Assembly: GCA_963738405.1 (NCBI GenBank)
Contig: CAVTWJ010000016.1
Location: 1 to 64,000 of the forward strand
Direction: 5' to 3'
DNA from: a candidate division FCPU426 bacterium
GTDB lineage: Bacteria > Oederibacteriota > Muellerivitia > Muellerivitales > Muellerivitaceae
DNA length: 64,000 nt
This document shows positions 9,528-20,128 of the stretch, one piece after another. The notes under the pieces were generated by a model that was given only the letters and a program-made list of their open reading frames with translations, did not search any database and was not told where the DNA came from. The translations under genes and the position numbers were made by a program. The stretch's first letter is position 1. Every line of letters starts with the position of its first letter.

Positions 9528-11978
9528 CTATACGGCCGCGGGAGTTACCGGTTGGGTTTCACCCGTTTGAAAAGCAAGTTTTTCACCGGCGGAACCGAGG
9601 ACGAGATCTTGGCCTTCTTTAACATTCCCCCTCAAGAGTTCCTCGGCTAATGCGTCTTCCACATACCTTTGAATGGTTCGTTTCATCTGCCGGGCGCCGT
9701 AAACCTTGTCATAGCCCTTTTCAATGAGGAAATCCCTTGCCGAGGCGTTCAGGGACAAGGAAATTTTCTTTTCCTTGAGGCGGCTTTGAACATCCGCCAA
9801 CTGGATGTCGACGATCTTCTCAATATGGGTCCGGTCCAGGGGATGGAAGGTAATGATTTCATCCACACGATTCAGAAATTCAGGGTTGAACGCCTTTTTC
9901 AGTTCATTGTGAATCTTCCCCTTCATGCTGTCGTAGGAAATCCCTTCTGTTTCCGGATTGAACCCCAGCGTTTTTTCCATTCCCATTTCGCGCGCGCCCA
10001 GATTGCTCGTCATAATGACGACCGTATTTCGGAAATCCACAACCCGGCCCAGTGAATCGGTCAAACGACCGTCTTCAAGAATTTGCAACATGACATTAAA
10101 AATCTCAGGATGGGCCTTTTCTATTTCATCAAATAGAACCACGCTATAGGGTTTGCGGCGAACCTTTTCTGTCAATTGTCCGCCCTCGTCATGCCCCACG
10201 TAACCCGGGGGCGCTCCCGCCAAACGAGAAACGTTGAATTTCTCCATGTATTCGCTCATGTCAAAACGGATCAAGGCGTCTTCATCGTCAAACAGGAACT
10301 GGGCCAGGGCCCGGGCCAACTCGGTTTTCCCCACGCCGGTAGGGCCCATGAACATGAAACTTCCAATGGGCTTCTTAGGATTGCCTATCCCAGCGCGGCT
10401 TCGGCGGATCGCCTTGGCCAAGGAATCAATGGCTTCCTCCTGCCCCACAATCCGTTTGTGTAGTTCCTCTTCCATGCGGAGCAGCTTTTCGCTTTCCTTC
10501 TCGCCTAATTTAATCATGGGGATGCCCGTCCACTTGGAGGCCACATAGGCGATATCTTCCCATGTAACCAAAGCCTCTTCTTTGCTCTTCAGGTTTTCCC
10601 ATTTTTCCTTTTCTTCCAATAGCCTTTGGCGCATTTTCTTCATCTTGTCGCGAAGATCTGCGGCCCGCTCGAATTCCTGGGTTTTGATCGCCTCTTCCTT
10701 TTCTTGTTTCACGCGTTCCAGATCTTTTTCGAGAGTGCGGATTTCGGGTGGCATGGTGGTAATACGAAGGCGGGTCCTGCTCCCCGCCTCGTCGATTAAA
10801 TCGATGGCTTTGTCTGGCAAGAAGCGCCCAGAAATGTACCTATGCGATAATTGAGCGGCCGCCTCGACGGCATCATCGGTGATGCGGACTCGGTGGTGGG
10901 CTTCATATCGGTCTCTCAAGCCTTTAATGATTTGGACTGTTTCATCCACCGATGGCTCGTCCACCATGATCATCTGGAAGCGACGTTCTAAAGCTCCGTC
11001 TTTTTCAATATATTTACGGTACTCGTTGAGCGTCGTGGCTCCAATGCACTGCAGTTCTCCCCTGGCTAAAGCGGGTTTGAGCATGTTGGAAGCGTCGATG
11101 GCACCCTCCGCCGCGCCGGCTCCCACCAAGGTATGGAGTTCATCCACGAATAGGATCACCTTCCCCGACTGCCGAATTTCATTGATTACAGCCTTCAGGC
11201 GCTCCTCAAATTCACCACGGTATTTGGTGCCGGCCACCAAGGCGGCCAAGTCAAGGGTTACAATTCGGCGATCCAATAAAAGTTCGGGAATATTTCCCTC
11301 TTTTATTCTTTGGGCCAACCCTTCCGCAATAGCGGTTTTGCCGACACCTGGTTCCCCGATCAAAACGGGGTTGTTCTTGGTTCGGCGGGAAAGGATTTGA
11401 ATCACCCTTTCGATTTCATCTTCACGGCCAATAACAGGGTCCAGCTTAGATTCCCGGGCCATTTGAGTGAGGTCTCTGCCAAAGGCGTCTAAAGCCGGCG
11501 TTTTCGATTTTTTAACCTGCTTGGAAAACTTTGGAAAGGTTCCGCCCAAAAGATTGATGACCATGTCACGGGATTTTTCATAGGTAACGCCCAAATTCTC
11601 AAGTGCCCGGGCCGCGACGCCTTCCCCTTCCTGGATAATTCCCAATAGGAGGTGTTCGGTTCCAATGTAGTTATGGCCCAGTTTTTGAGACTCTTCCGCG
11701 GCCAATTCCAGAACCTTTTTGGCCGAAGGCGTAAATTGGGGATCTCCAATGGTCAGGGTGTCAGAGGAAGGGGTGGTCAGGTTTTCGACTTCAATCCGAA
11801 CAGATTCCAAATCAACACCCAAGGATTCCAAGACCGCCACAGCCACTCCACCGCCCTCGCGGATAAGGCCCAAAAGCAAATGCTCGGTGCCGATAAAATT
11901 ATGGTTAAGCCGCCTTGCTTCTTCCTTGGCAAGGGGGTTGATGACTTTTTTAGCTCTCTCCGTAAAACGCTCGAACAT
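9528..11978 (-). CDS. clpC: ATP-dependent Clp protease ATP-binding subunit ClpC
   Basis: MFERFTERA, two [12 protein letters not shown] repeats, Walker A GEPGVGKT and [11 protein letters not shown] middle domain. Confidence 0.96.
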   Translation of the reverse strand: MFERFTERAKKVINPLAKEEARRLNHNFIGTEHLLLGLIREGGGVAVAVLESLGVDLESVRIEVENLTTPSSDTLTIGDPQFTPSAKKVLELAAEESQKLGHNYIGTEHLLLGIIQEGEGVAARALENLGVTYEKSRDMVINLLGGTFPKFSKQVKKSKTPALDAFGRDLTQMARESKLDPVIGREDEIERVIQILSRRTKNNPVLIGEPGVGKTAIAEGLAQRIKEGNIPELLLDRRIVTLDLAALVAGTKYRGEFEERLKAVINEIRQSGKVILFVDELHTLVGAGAAEGAIDASNMLKPALARGELQCIGATTLNEYRKYIEKDGALERRFQMIMVDEPSVDETVQIIKGLRDRYEAHHRVRITDDAVEAAAQLSHRYISGRFLPDKAIDLIDEAGSRTRLRITTMPPEIRTLEKDLERVKQEKEEAIKTQEFERAADLRDKMKKMRQRLLEEKEKWENLKSKEEALVTWEDIAYVASKWTGIPMIKLGEKESEKLLRMEEELHKRIVGQEEAIDSLAKAIRRSRAGIGNPKKPIGSFMFMGPTGVGKTELARALAQFLFDDEDALIRFDMSEYMEKFNVSRLAGAPPGYVGHDEGGQLTEKVRRKPYSVVLFDEIEKAHPEIFNVMLQILEDGRLTDSLGRVVDFRNTVVIMTSNLGAREMGMEKTLGFNPETEGISYDSMKGKIHNELKKAFNPEFLNRVDEIITFHPLDRTHIEKIVDIQLADVQSRLKEKKISLSLNASARDFLIEKGYDKVYGARQMKRTIQRYVEDALAEELLRGNVKEGQDLVLGSAGEKLAFQTGETQPVTPAAV

Positions 11979-12100
11979 GAAATTCTCCTTAAAACGGGGC
12001 TTCGAATCTTTATTTCAACTGAACCGGGTATATAAATCAACTTTTAAGGCTTTTTAAAGCTCATATTCTTTCGGGTGTTATTAGCACCTTAGGGCTTTCG

Positions 12101-13162
12101 TCACTCAGGCTCCACCTCTTTGAGTACCTGGTTCAGAAGCTTGGCCCTTTCCGTCAATTCTGCTTGGGGGTTCATTTCTCCGGTGGAATTCTTGGCCAAA
12201 TGGGCCGGTTGAATCATGATCAGAAGCCGGTTCAATTTTGACAAGTCGATACCCTTCAATATTTTTTGGGTGACCCCCAGCCGAAGGCCCGAAAGACCGT
12301 CCAATCCCTCCTGCAGATCCACTAAACGGGCGAATTTAAGCGCGCCCAGTTCCCTGCAAATACGGTCAACGACCTTTTCTTTTTCATGCTGAAACAAGGC
12401 TTTTTGAGCCTGCGTTTCCGCTTCTACCATTTGACGCGCCACCTGCTCGACGTGTTCCACGATTTCAAAGGTCTTTTTCCCCAAGGAGGACTGGTTGGAG
12501 ATTTGGAAAAAAGCGCTGGCGACCTGGGTGGTTTCCCCCTGCAGCCCACGGATATTCAAACCGACCTGGGCGACTCCCTGGAGAACCTGTGCGATACGGT
12601 TGGAATAGACCAAGGCGGGAAGGTGGACCATTACGCTGGCCCTAAAAGCCAGTCCCAGGTTGGTGGGACAAGCGGTCAGAAACCCATATTGGGAATGCCT
12701 AGCAAAGGGAAGCCGTTCGGACAACCGGCGTTCAACTTGGGTTAGGGCCGAAGCCGCGTTCTTTAAATTAAGACCGCTTCGAAAGGCTTGAAGGCGAAGC
12801 TGGTCTTCCTCATTGATCAGAAAGCTAAACCCTTCTCTTTCGTCAAAAGCGACGGCCCTTTCACCGAGGCTCGCGGCGTGCTCAGCCGAAATCAACTGGC
12901 GTTCGGTCAAAAACTGCCGGTCAAGTGAGGATATCCCGGTCAACCGGGCGAAAGTTAAATGGGACAAACCCGTTTCGGTGAGGATCGCCCTTTGAAGGGT
13001 CTCTACAATCTCCCGCTGTTCCGCCGCGCTGGCATGGTGGGGAAATTTACGGCCCTCAAAGTTGCGGGCAAAGCGGACCCTTGTCGAGACGACGATCCCG
13101 CCGAAGGGTCCAGGCTGTGTAAACCATTCCTCGCCGTTCTTGAGCAATTCCTCGAAAGCCAT
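12101..13162 (-). CDS. mcsB: Protein arginine kinase McsB
   Basis: STRVRFARN, INEED, LTACPTNLG, RASVMVHLP, FQISNQ; lies between mcsA and clpC. Confidence 0.9.
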   Translation of the reverse strand: MAFEELLKNGEEWFTQPGPFGGIVVSTRVRFARNFEGRKFPHHASAAEQREIVETLQRAILTETGLSHLTFARLTGISSLDRQFLTERQLISAEHAASLGERAVAFDEREGFSFLINEEDQLRLQAFRSGLNLKNAASALTQVERRLSERLPFARHSQYGFLTACPTNLGLAFRASVMVHLPALVYSNRIAQVLQGVAQVGLNIRGLQGETTQVASAFFQISNQSSLGKKTFEIVEHVEQVARQMVEAETQAQKALFQHEKEKVVDRICRELGALKFARLVDLQEGLDGLSGLRLGVTQKILKGIDLSKLNRLLIMIQPAHLAKNSTGEMNPQAELTERAKLLNQVLKEVEPE

Positions 13163-13163
13163 C

Positions 13164-13724
13164 CTAGCCTTTCTCCATCCGTTGAATTTCATCCCTTATT
13201 TGGGCCGCCTCTTCGAATTTTTCTTTCTTTACTGCTTCACGCATTTTTTCCCTCATAGCGGTCAGAGGCTCATCTGTAGAAGGCGTTTTGGATGCAGGCG
13301 GTGGAGTGGCTTCTTTGTTTTCAGGTTGCTCTTCCACATGCCTAGCATGGCCGTGAATGTTGGTGATGAGAGGCTCCATAAAAGACGAGAAAGAATCGTA
13401 GCATTTCGTGCAACCCAAACGTCCGTTTTGCCTAAAGGTTGAAAGTTGATAACCGCAATGGGGACATTGAAGCTGGGTTTCATGAGAAATTGAAGCCGGG
13501 GTTGGTTCTCCGCTTGAGGATTCCGCAACACCCCACGGAAGCATCTGTTGAAGCAGACCCGTCAAAGCCGCCAAGGGATGAAAATTGAGGGCATTCCAAA
13601 CACCAAAGGTTTGACCTTGTTCCTGGGCGCAGACTTCGCACAGGTGGGCTTGAGTGGTCTCATTACCCACCGTTTGAGAAAAGAAGACGGTCGCTTGTCT
13701 CTGTCCACATTTTTGGCAAAGCAT
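13164..13724 (-). CDS. mcsA: McsB activator McsA
   Basis: Four CxxC motifs, GRLGC, C-terminal UVR domain (EKFEEAAQIRDEI); AGGAG RBS before ATG 13724. Confidence 0.92.
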   Translation of the reverse strand: MLCQKCGQRQATVFFSQTVGNETTQAHLCEVCAQEQGQTFGVWNALNFHPLAALTGLLQQMLPWGVAESSSGEPTPASISHETQLQCPHCGYQLSTFRQNGRLGCTKCYDSFSSFMEPLITNIHGHARHVEEQPENKEATPPPASKTPSTDEPLTAMREKMREAVKKEKFEEAAQIRDEIQRMEKG

Positions 13725-13887
13725 CTTCACTCCTAAAACATGAATATACCGTGAATTAAATAAACTATTTCCCGCGTTTTAAATACTCGCTAAAACTTAA
13801 CCAAATTGAATCTATTTTAAATTCTCCATTTTCAAAAACGATCATCATTGGCAAATATCTAGCCTTAGCATCAATATATGTAAAAGC

Positions 13888-14205
13888 TCACCCACCACTA
13901 GACATAAAATCTGGTCGCATTTCTTTATAATTTTTGTGTTTTTTGACCCAGTCACGAATTTTTCCAAAATCGCTTCGCCATTGGTTCCCATTGTTTTCAT
14001 TTAGGTATTTTTTTGTTATGCATTTCAAAAATTTTTTCTCGTCGTTGTTTTCTGCAGCATCCACTACAACAAATGGCAGTGAAGTAGCTGCTATATCCTT
14101 TTCTTTCCAGAAATCATCCGATCCATAAGCAATTCCAGCATCTTTTGAAAATCCTTTTTGAATACCCAACAAACACAAGAGAAAGGCAAATAAATAAAGT
14201 TTCAT
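13888..14205 (-). CDS. Small AT-rich secreted hypothetical protein
   Basis: ORF with signal-peptide-like start MKLYLFAFLLCLLG; visibly AT-rich compared with neighbours. Confidence 0.6.
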   Translation of the reverse strand: MKLYLFAFLLCLLGIQKGFSKDAGIAYGSDDFWKEKDIAATSLPFVVVDAAENNDEKKFLKCITKKYLNENNGNQWRSDFGKIRDWVKKHKNYKEMRPDFMSSGG

Positions 14206-14239
14206 TTTTAAAACCCCTAGCACCAAATAATTTTATGTT

Positions 14240-14920
14240 TTAGTTTCTCTTTTGGGTGACTTTTCCATCCTGAAGAGTCAAGACATGGTCCGCGCGTTTG
14301 GCCAAGGGCTCATAGTGGGTGACTACGATAAGGGTCCTGCCCTCGGTTTGGCATATTTTCCAAAGGGCGTCATGGATTCCCTCAGCCGTCTTGGCGTCCA
14401 GATTTCCGGTAGGCTCGTCGGCTAGGATGACTTCCGGCTCATTCATCATCGCCCTGCAAACTGCCACCCTTTGCTGTTCCCCTCCCGAAAGCTCACCAGG
14501 TTTATGGCTCGAACGGTTGGAAAGGCCTACCTGCGCCAAAAGCATTTCGGCCCGTCCCAAACAAAACTCATAGGGTTTCCGGCCGACTCGTCCCGGTAAA
14601 ATCACATTTTCGAGAGCCGTCAATTCGGGCATCAGATGGTGAAACTGGAAAACAAAGCCAAAGAATTTGTTTCGCAGGGCCGCCAATTTGTCTCCCTCAA
14701 GATCGTAAAGGGATTGATTCCGGCAATAAACTTTTCCTGCCGAAGGACTGCTTAATCCTCCCAAAAGGGTAAGCAATGTACTTTTTCCCGATCCCGAAGG
14801 TCCCAAGATGACCGTGATGTCCCCGGCGTCCAAAGAAAAGGAAACGTCATTCAGGGCGTTAATCTCCTGACCGTCCAAATGGTAGGTTTTAGTGACTTTT
14901 TCAACCTTTAAAATTTCCAT
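14240..14920 (-). CDS. lolD: Lipoprotein-releasing ABC transporter ATPase LolD
   Basis: GPSGSGKST, GFVFQFHHL, LSGGEQQR, DEPTGNLD; follows a lolC/E gene. Confidence 0.9.
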   Translation of the reverse strand: MEILKVEKVTKTYHLDGQEINALNDVSFSLDAGDITVILGPSGSGKSTLLTLLGGLSSPSAGKVYCRNQSLYDLEGDKLAALRNKFFGFVFQFHHLMPELTALENVILPGRVGRKPYEFCLGRAEMLLAQVGLSNRSSHKPGELSGGEQQRVAVCRAMMNEPEVILADEPTGNLDAKTAEGIHDALWKICQTEGRTLIVVTHYEPLAKRADHVLTLQDGKVTQKRN

Positions 14921-14947
14921 ATTCAACCTTGGCCTTGCTTATCCAAA

Positions 14948-16201
14948 TTAACTGTAACGAATCGCGTCCACCGGCTCCAACTTCGCCGCCTGACGGGCTG
15001 GGTAAAGGGTGGCTAAAAAACAAAGAACAACGGCAAGGGATGGAATCAAAAGGTAGCACAAGGCGGGGTCCACCTTTACCGGTAGGCGGTCAATGTAATA
15101 GACCATTCCCCCGCCGGGCATCGGAATGGGAACTTTTGAGATAATTTCGCAAAGGACAAACCCTCCGAACACCCCCACTATTATTCCGATAACGCCAATG
15201 AACATTCCCTCGAAGATGAAAAGAAAGGTGATGCTTTTATCCGTTCCTCCCATGGCCTTCAAGATGCCTATTTCCCTGGTTTTTTCAATCACCATCATGG
15301 TGAGCGGATTGACGATGTTGAGGGCCGCTACCAGCACGATCAAAGAGAGGATGATGGCCATGACCCATTTTTCAGTCTGAAGCGCCACGAAAAGGTTATG
15401 GTTCATCTGAAGCCAGTCCTGGACGAAATAAACCCCGTTGAACTTCTCGCGGATGGACTTAGCCACCGCCGGAGCCAAGTCCACGTCATCCACCTTGACC
15501 GCCACCCCGGTCACATTGGGATTCAGTTGGTACATCTTTTGTCCGTTATCCAGAGAAACATAGCTGTAAGCCGAATCATAGTCGTACATTCCCGTCGATA
15601 GGATGCCGACTACTTGGAATTTCATGCTGCGCGGCATCATCCCCAAGGGCGTTTGCTGAAGGATTGGCAAAAAAAGGATCAAGTCGTCTCCCACACTTAC
15701 TTGGAGCCGTTGAGCCAGTTCCGCCCCTAAAAAAATGCGCTCGTTTCGTCCGGCGCCCCCATTAGCCGGCATGACCAGGTCGGTGGACTTGGCGCTCCAG
15801 AGAAATTTGTCCAAATCCGCGATGGCTTGGGGCGCGTTGGGATCCACTCCCCATACCATCACGCCCAAAGACCTTTCCTTGGAACGGGCGAGAGCCTGTC
15901 CCTCCACATAGGGGCCCACGGCTTTGATATGAGGCATGGAGCGAATGGCGTCTGTGATTTTTTGGTAATCGGAAAGGGGTGTATTTTTGAATCCCGAAAC
16001 CACAATATGGGCGTTAAGCCCGACAATTTTCGATTTCAAGTCGTCGTCAAACCCGTTCATGACCGAAAGAACGACGTTCAAGGCCATCACCCCGATGGCG
16101 ACCCCGAGAACCGACAGCCAGGTGAGGATCGAGATGGCTTTCCGTTTACGTTTGGAACGCAGGTAGCGGAGACCCAGAAAAACTTCAAATGGTAATTTCA
16201 C
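14948..16201 (-). CDS. lolE: Lipoprotein-releasing ABC permease LolC/E (single LolF-type)
   Basis: LRYLRSKR, VLSVMNGF, EIGILKAMG, TLYPARQAA motifs. Confidence 0.9.
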   Translation of the reverse strand: MKLPFEVFLGLRYLRSKRKRKAISILTWLSVLGVAIGVMALNVVLSVMNGFDDDLKSKIVGLNAHIVVSGFKNTPLSDYQKITDAIRSMPHIKAVGPYVEGQALARSKERSLGVMVWGVDPNAPQAIADLDKFLWSAKSTDLVMPANGGAGRNERIFLGAELAQRLQVSVGDDLILFLPILQQTPLGMMPRSMKFQVVGILSTGMYDYDSAYSYVSLDNGQKMYQLNPNVTGVAVKVDDVDLAPAVAKSIREKFNGVYFVQDWLQMNHNLFVALQTEKWVMAIILSLIVLVAALNIVNPLTMMVIEKTREIGILKAMGGTDKSITFLFIFEGMFIGVIGIIVGVFGGFVLCEIISKVPIPMPGGGMVYYIDRLPVKVDPALCYLLIPSLAVVLCFLATLYPARQAAKLEPVDAIRYS

Positions 16202-16252
16202 TTTAAGGCCTTCAAAAAAGAGGTAAGGATCCGTCCAAGCAAGAAACAGTGT

Positions 16253-17761
16253 TTATTCAAAAACCATCTTTTCCTCATCTTCTCGGGACCTGAGAAGGGG
16301 AAAGAGAATGACGTCCCTGATGGAAGGGCTGTCGGTTAAAAGCATCAGCAAACGGTCGATGCCGATCCCTACTCCTCCGGCAGGAGGCATACCGTAAGAG
16401 AGGGCCAGGATATAATCCTCATCCAGATACATTCCCTCCTCATCACCGGCCTTACGAAGTTCCACTTGCTTTTCGAACCGGCGCCGCTGATCCATCGGAT
16501 CGTTTAATTCAGAAAAGCCGTTGGCGATCTCCCGCCCCAAAATGAAAAGTTCAAACCGCTCGGTCAATTCGGGTTTATCTGCCCTTGCCTTGGCAAGCGG
16601 GGACACTTCCACCGGAAAATCGGTGATAAAGGTAGGCTGGATCAGCTTATTTTCCACCAGTTCGCCGAACATCAAATAGGCCAGCTCAGCCTTGGAAAGT
16701 TTTTCGAGGTGTTTCACATTGGCGCTGGTTCCCTTCACCCTTAGGCGCAGGTCTTCCAGGCTGATGGTGTCGTAATCCACTCCGCCCAATTCTTTTAAGG
16801 CTCCAAGCAGGGACATCCTCTTAAAAGGCGGAGTAAAATCTATCTCTTCCCCGCCCACCTTCATTTGAAGTCCTTGTCCCGCGGCCTTCGCTGCTTCCGA
16901 AAGCAGGTTTTCCGTTAGGGCCATCGCCGTTTCGTTATTTCCATAAGCCTGATAGGCCTCCAGCATGGTGAACTCGGGATTGTGCTTGATGCTAATCCCT
17001 TCATTACGGAAATTGCGGTTAATTTCGTAGACCCGCTCAAAACCGCCCACCACAAGCCTTTTTAAATAAAGCTCCGGGGCAACCCGAAGATAAAGATCCA
17101 TATCCAGGGTGTTATGGTGCGTTACGAAGGGACGGGCCGCGGCGCCTCCCGGAATCGGATGCATCATAGGCGTTTCGACCTCTAAGAATCCCTGGGTGTC
17201 CATAAAGGCTCGCATGGCGGCCACGACCTTGGACCGGGCCTCGAAAGTTTTCCGCACCTCGGCGTTCACGATTAAATCAACATATCGGTTACGGTACCGG
17301 GTTTCCACGTCGGTCAAACCATGCCACTTTTCAGGAAGAGGATGGAGGGACTTTGAAAGCAATTGAAAGGATTCGGCGTGGATGGAAACTTCTCCAGTCT
17401 TGGTCTTAAAGGGAAAACCCTTGACGCCGATAATGTCCCCCAAATCCAAGGTCTTAAACACCTCGTAGGCGGATTCCCCAATCACGTCTAATCGTACATA
17501 AATTTGAATGCGGCCCTTTGCGTCCTGTAGGTGCGCGAAAGAGCTTTTCCCCATCCCGCGGATGGTCATGAGGCGGCCCGCCAGGGAAACCTTGTCACCC
17601 TCGGCATGCTCCCCCGGCTGCAAATGGGGATACTGGGCGAGGATGTCGGTGGAATGGTGGGACTGGGGAAAGGCGGCCGAGGGATAGGGATTGATTCCCT
17701 TTTCCTGAAGAGCCTTCAGTTTTTCAATTCGGATTTTGACGAATTCGTTGAGTTCGGACAA
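16253..17761 (-). CDS. lysS: Lysine--tRNA ligase (class II)
   Basis: PEKWHGL, FLEVETPMM, GGAAARPF, FRNEG, HNPEFTMLE, GIGIDRL; TTG start. Confidence 0.97.
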   Translation of the reverse strand: MSELNEFVKIRIEKLKALQEKGINPYPSAAFPQSHHSTDILAQYPHLQPGEHAEGDKVSLAGRLMTIRGMGKSSFAHLQDAKGRIQIYVRLDVIGESAYEVFKTLDLGDIIGVKGFPFKTKTGEVSIHAESFQLLSKSLHPLPEKWHGLTDVETRYRNRYVDLIVNAEVRKTFEARSKVVAAMRAFMDTQGFLEVETPMMHPIPGGAAARPFVTHHNTLDMDLYLRVAPELYLKRLVVGGFERVYEINRNFRNEGISIKHNPEFTMLEAYQAYGNNETAMALTENLLSEAAKAAGQGLQMKVGGEEIDFTPPFKRMSLLGALKELGGVDYDTISLEDLRLRVKGTSANVKHLEKLSKAELAYLMFGELVENKLIQPTFITDFPVEVSPLAKARADKPELTERFELFILGREIANGFSELNDPMDQRRRFEKQVELRKAGDEEGMYLDEDYILALSYGMPPAGGVGIGIDRLLMLLTDSPSIRDVILFPLLRSREDEEKMVFE

Positions 17762-17829
17762 GAAATGTTCCTTACAAGTTTTGCTTGGACCTTAGGCTGG
17801 TGAATCATACCAATGGGTCTCAAGGAGGG

Positions 17830-20091
17830 TCAATGAAGGGGTCCATCCGGTAGCGGTTCAGATATCCCCTTGGCCCCTTGGGCTTTTAAAAAGTCATCCT
17901 TGCTGAGTTCAACCGTCACAAAATAAGCCGCCTGATACTGATTAGGAACATTTTTCCACACTGCGTTAGGATAAACCTCTTTTAAATGTTTTTGGAAGTT
18001 CGGGCATTGCCAGGGGCAAAAAATGAAAACCACGTCCTTATCCACCTTATTCAAAATGGGCAGGACCGTGTTATCGGTGAACTCGGCAACGGGATAATTT
18101 TCATTGCTCATGATCCGCGCCGGGTTGCTCCAATCCTCCAGCAGGATAAACAACTGCCTTTGGGGACCGTAAAAATTGACCTGCTTGGATAGGAGAAGAT
18201 GGTTAAATCCCATTTGCTCCCATTGGCCCTGACCAACTGGCCAGCCAAAGAAATAGGCATGGACATTAAAAGCCAGGGAGCCGGCCATCATCAAGGCAAG
18301 CCCTCCCTGCCACAGGGTTTTCGGAAGCCTTCGCGTCAATTCCAATGCCAGAAGCCAGTCGATGAAGCGGGCCACCATCATCAAGGAAAAAGGCAAAACC
18401 AGGTAACAGCGTATCGCACTGAAATAACCCAAATCGGGATGGGTCTGGGCGAAGGCCGTGGCGGTCAGGGCGATGGCCAAGCCAGGAAGCATGATCCAGC
18501 TGAGGCGTTTCCCCAAACCGGCGATCGATAGGGCAACCCCCCCGATCAGGAAAAGGCTCGTAAAGGGGTCCAACATGGGGTTGCCCGCCGGGTCAAACCG
18601 CAGGTCGTTGCCATCCCCTGGATTTTGAACCAGAGCCAAAAAGGCACGGCCAAAATTCTCAATCGGCAGCCACCATTTATGGGACTCGGCCGCCACCTTA
18701 AAAATATTAAGTTCCCCAGCACGGCCTGTCACCACATCGGGGCTAATGATGCAAACCCAAAGGGTTGGGCCGAACAGCCACATGAAGGCCGCTAAGGTCA
18801 CCAGGATTTGTTTCCAATAGGCCTTGATAAAATGCTCCCTTCCCAGAAAAAGGGCGCCAAAGGCCGCCATGAACATCATGGGGGGAACCAGCCTGCCCGG
18901 AACATAGGTATCCAGGCAGAGAGCGGCGAAAATACCAGCCCACCAAAAATGCATCCTTTTGCCTTCCCTCAAACCCCTTTCCAGAAAATACAATCCGCAA
19001 AGGCAATAAAGAACGGTGAAAATCCCGTTGAAAGGGGAAAGGCTGTGAAAGAGGGTCCACCAGGACACGGCGAAGAAGTAACTCACCAAAAGGGAGGACG
19101 CCGATGAAAAAAACAACCGGCAGAATTTGAAAAACATGAAAATCGCCAAAAAACTTCCCAAGACGGAAACAAACCTCGCCACCCAAAGATGGGGCCCCAG
19201 TAATTTGTAAAATAAAGCTGTCACATAATAGGGCAGTGAGGCCGTCGCGCCCCATCCCACCCCGAAGGGATCGGTCATTGTGCCGTTGAGAACGTTCATG
19301 GTGTCCATAATCATGTTGGCTTCGTCGTTTTGCAGACCCACCACGTTGGCCGCCATGAAAGGAAGCCGAAGGGCCGCCGCCAAAAGAAGAATAAGGCCCA
19401 GCCAAATGGTTTCATGTTTTACGGGTTCGGAAGGAGCGGGGGCGGATTCTCCCCATTTAAAACGGATCGTCCAAATCAGAAGAACCGCGAAAGCGGCGAC
19501 CGACAGGCCAAAAAGATTTTGCATCTGAAAGAGGCCGGCTTGAGCCACGACGAGGAGCGTCAAAAGCAGACGGATGTAATCCTCCGAAAGATTCTTCGGC
19601 GATTGTTTGAGGGGTGTTTGAAGGGGAGCCAAGGAAACCTCGCCCTTGGGCGGAAGGGACAAGATCAGGGACCAAAAGGAAAAAAGCTGAATGGGAATCC
19701 CGACCCGCCAAAAGGGAGGATTGTGGCAAAAGGAAAGGACGCCGAAGGTGCCCGAAACCACCCCCGCGATAAAATGAAGCCACGAAAAGGAATGTTTCGC
19801 GCCCTTTTCATATTTCCACTTGGGATAGACCCCTCGCGCGGCAAGCCCCAGGGCCAGGACGCCGAAGAAAACAGCGGAAACCATATCTTGAAAATGTTGA
19901 TAGCAATAGGCCGCGTATAATCCAAAGCCGCCCGCGAGCAAAAAGGAAAGATCAATGGGTTGGGCCGGTGGAACCGAACCGACGGCATTCGCTGAAACTT
20001 TTTTTAGAGACGCCGGGGACCCTGCTTTTACCTTGAGGGTCTTTCCCTTCCCAGCGGAGGGTTTTCGTCTCACGGGCTTTCTGTTTGGCAT
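17830..20091 (-). CDS. Polytopic GT-C glycosyltransferase (family 39/ArnT/PMT-like)
   Basis: Many TM helices, 'LRL...GLQNDEA' DE motif, 'ARFVSVLGS', C-terminal soluble domain. Confidence 0.75.
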   Translation of the reverse strand: MPNRKPVRRKPSAGKGKTLKVKAGSPASLKKVSANAVGSVPPAQPIDLSFLLAGGFGLYAAYCYQHFQDMVSAVFFGVLALGLAARGVYPKWKYEKGAKHSFSWLHFIAGVVSGTFGVLSFCHNPPFWRVGIPIQLFSFWSLILSLPPKGEVSLAPLQTPLKQSPKNLSEDYIRLLLTLLVVAQAGLFQMQNLFGLSVAAFAVLLIWTIRFKWGESAPAPSEPVKHETIWLGLILLLAAALRLPFMAANVVGLQNDEANMIMDTMNVLNGTMTDPFGVGWGATASLPYYVTALFYKLLGPHLWVARFVSVLGSFLAIFMFFKFCRLFFSSASSLLVSYFFAVSWWTLFHSLSPFNGIFTVLYCLCGLYFLERGLREGKRMHFWWAGIFAALCLDTYVPGRLVPPMMFMAAFGALFLGREHFIKAYWKQILVTLAAFMWLFGPTLWVCIISPDVVTGRAGELNIFKVAAESHKWWLPIENFGRAFLALVQNPGDGNDLRFDPAGNPMLDPFTSLFLIGGVALSIAGLGKRLSWIMLPGLAIALTATAFAQTHPDLGYFSAIRCYLVLPFSLMMVARFIDWLLALELTRRLPKTLWQGGLALMMAGSLAFNVHAYFFGWPVGQGQWEQMGFNHLLLSKQVNFYGPQRQLFILLEDWSNPARIMSNENYPVAEFTDNTVLPILNKVDKDVVFIFCPWQCPNFQKHLKEVYPNAVWKNVPNQYQAAYFVTVELSKDDFLKAQGAKGISEPLPDGPLH

Positions 20092-20128
20092 AATCCCCTT
20101 CTCCTAATAAATTCCTTCGCAAACCAAA

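Noticed and set aside
12074..12088. TTAGCAC upstream of clpC as a CIRCE (HrcA) element
   Set aside because: No GAGTGCTAA half-site at 9-bp spacing; it is only a short GGTGTTA-T-TAGCACC palindrome
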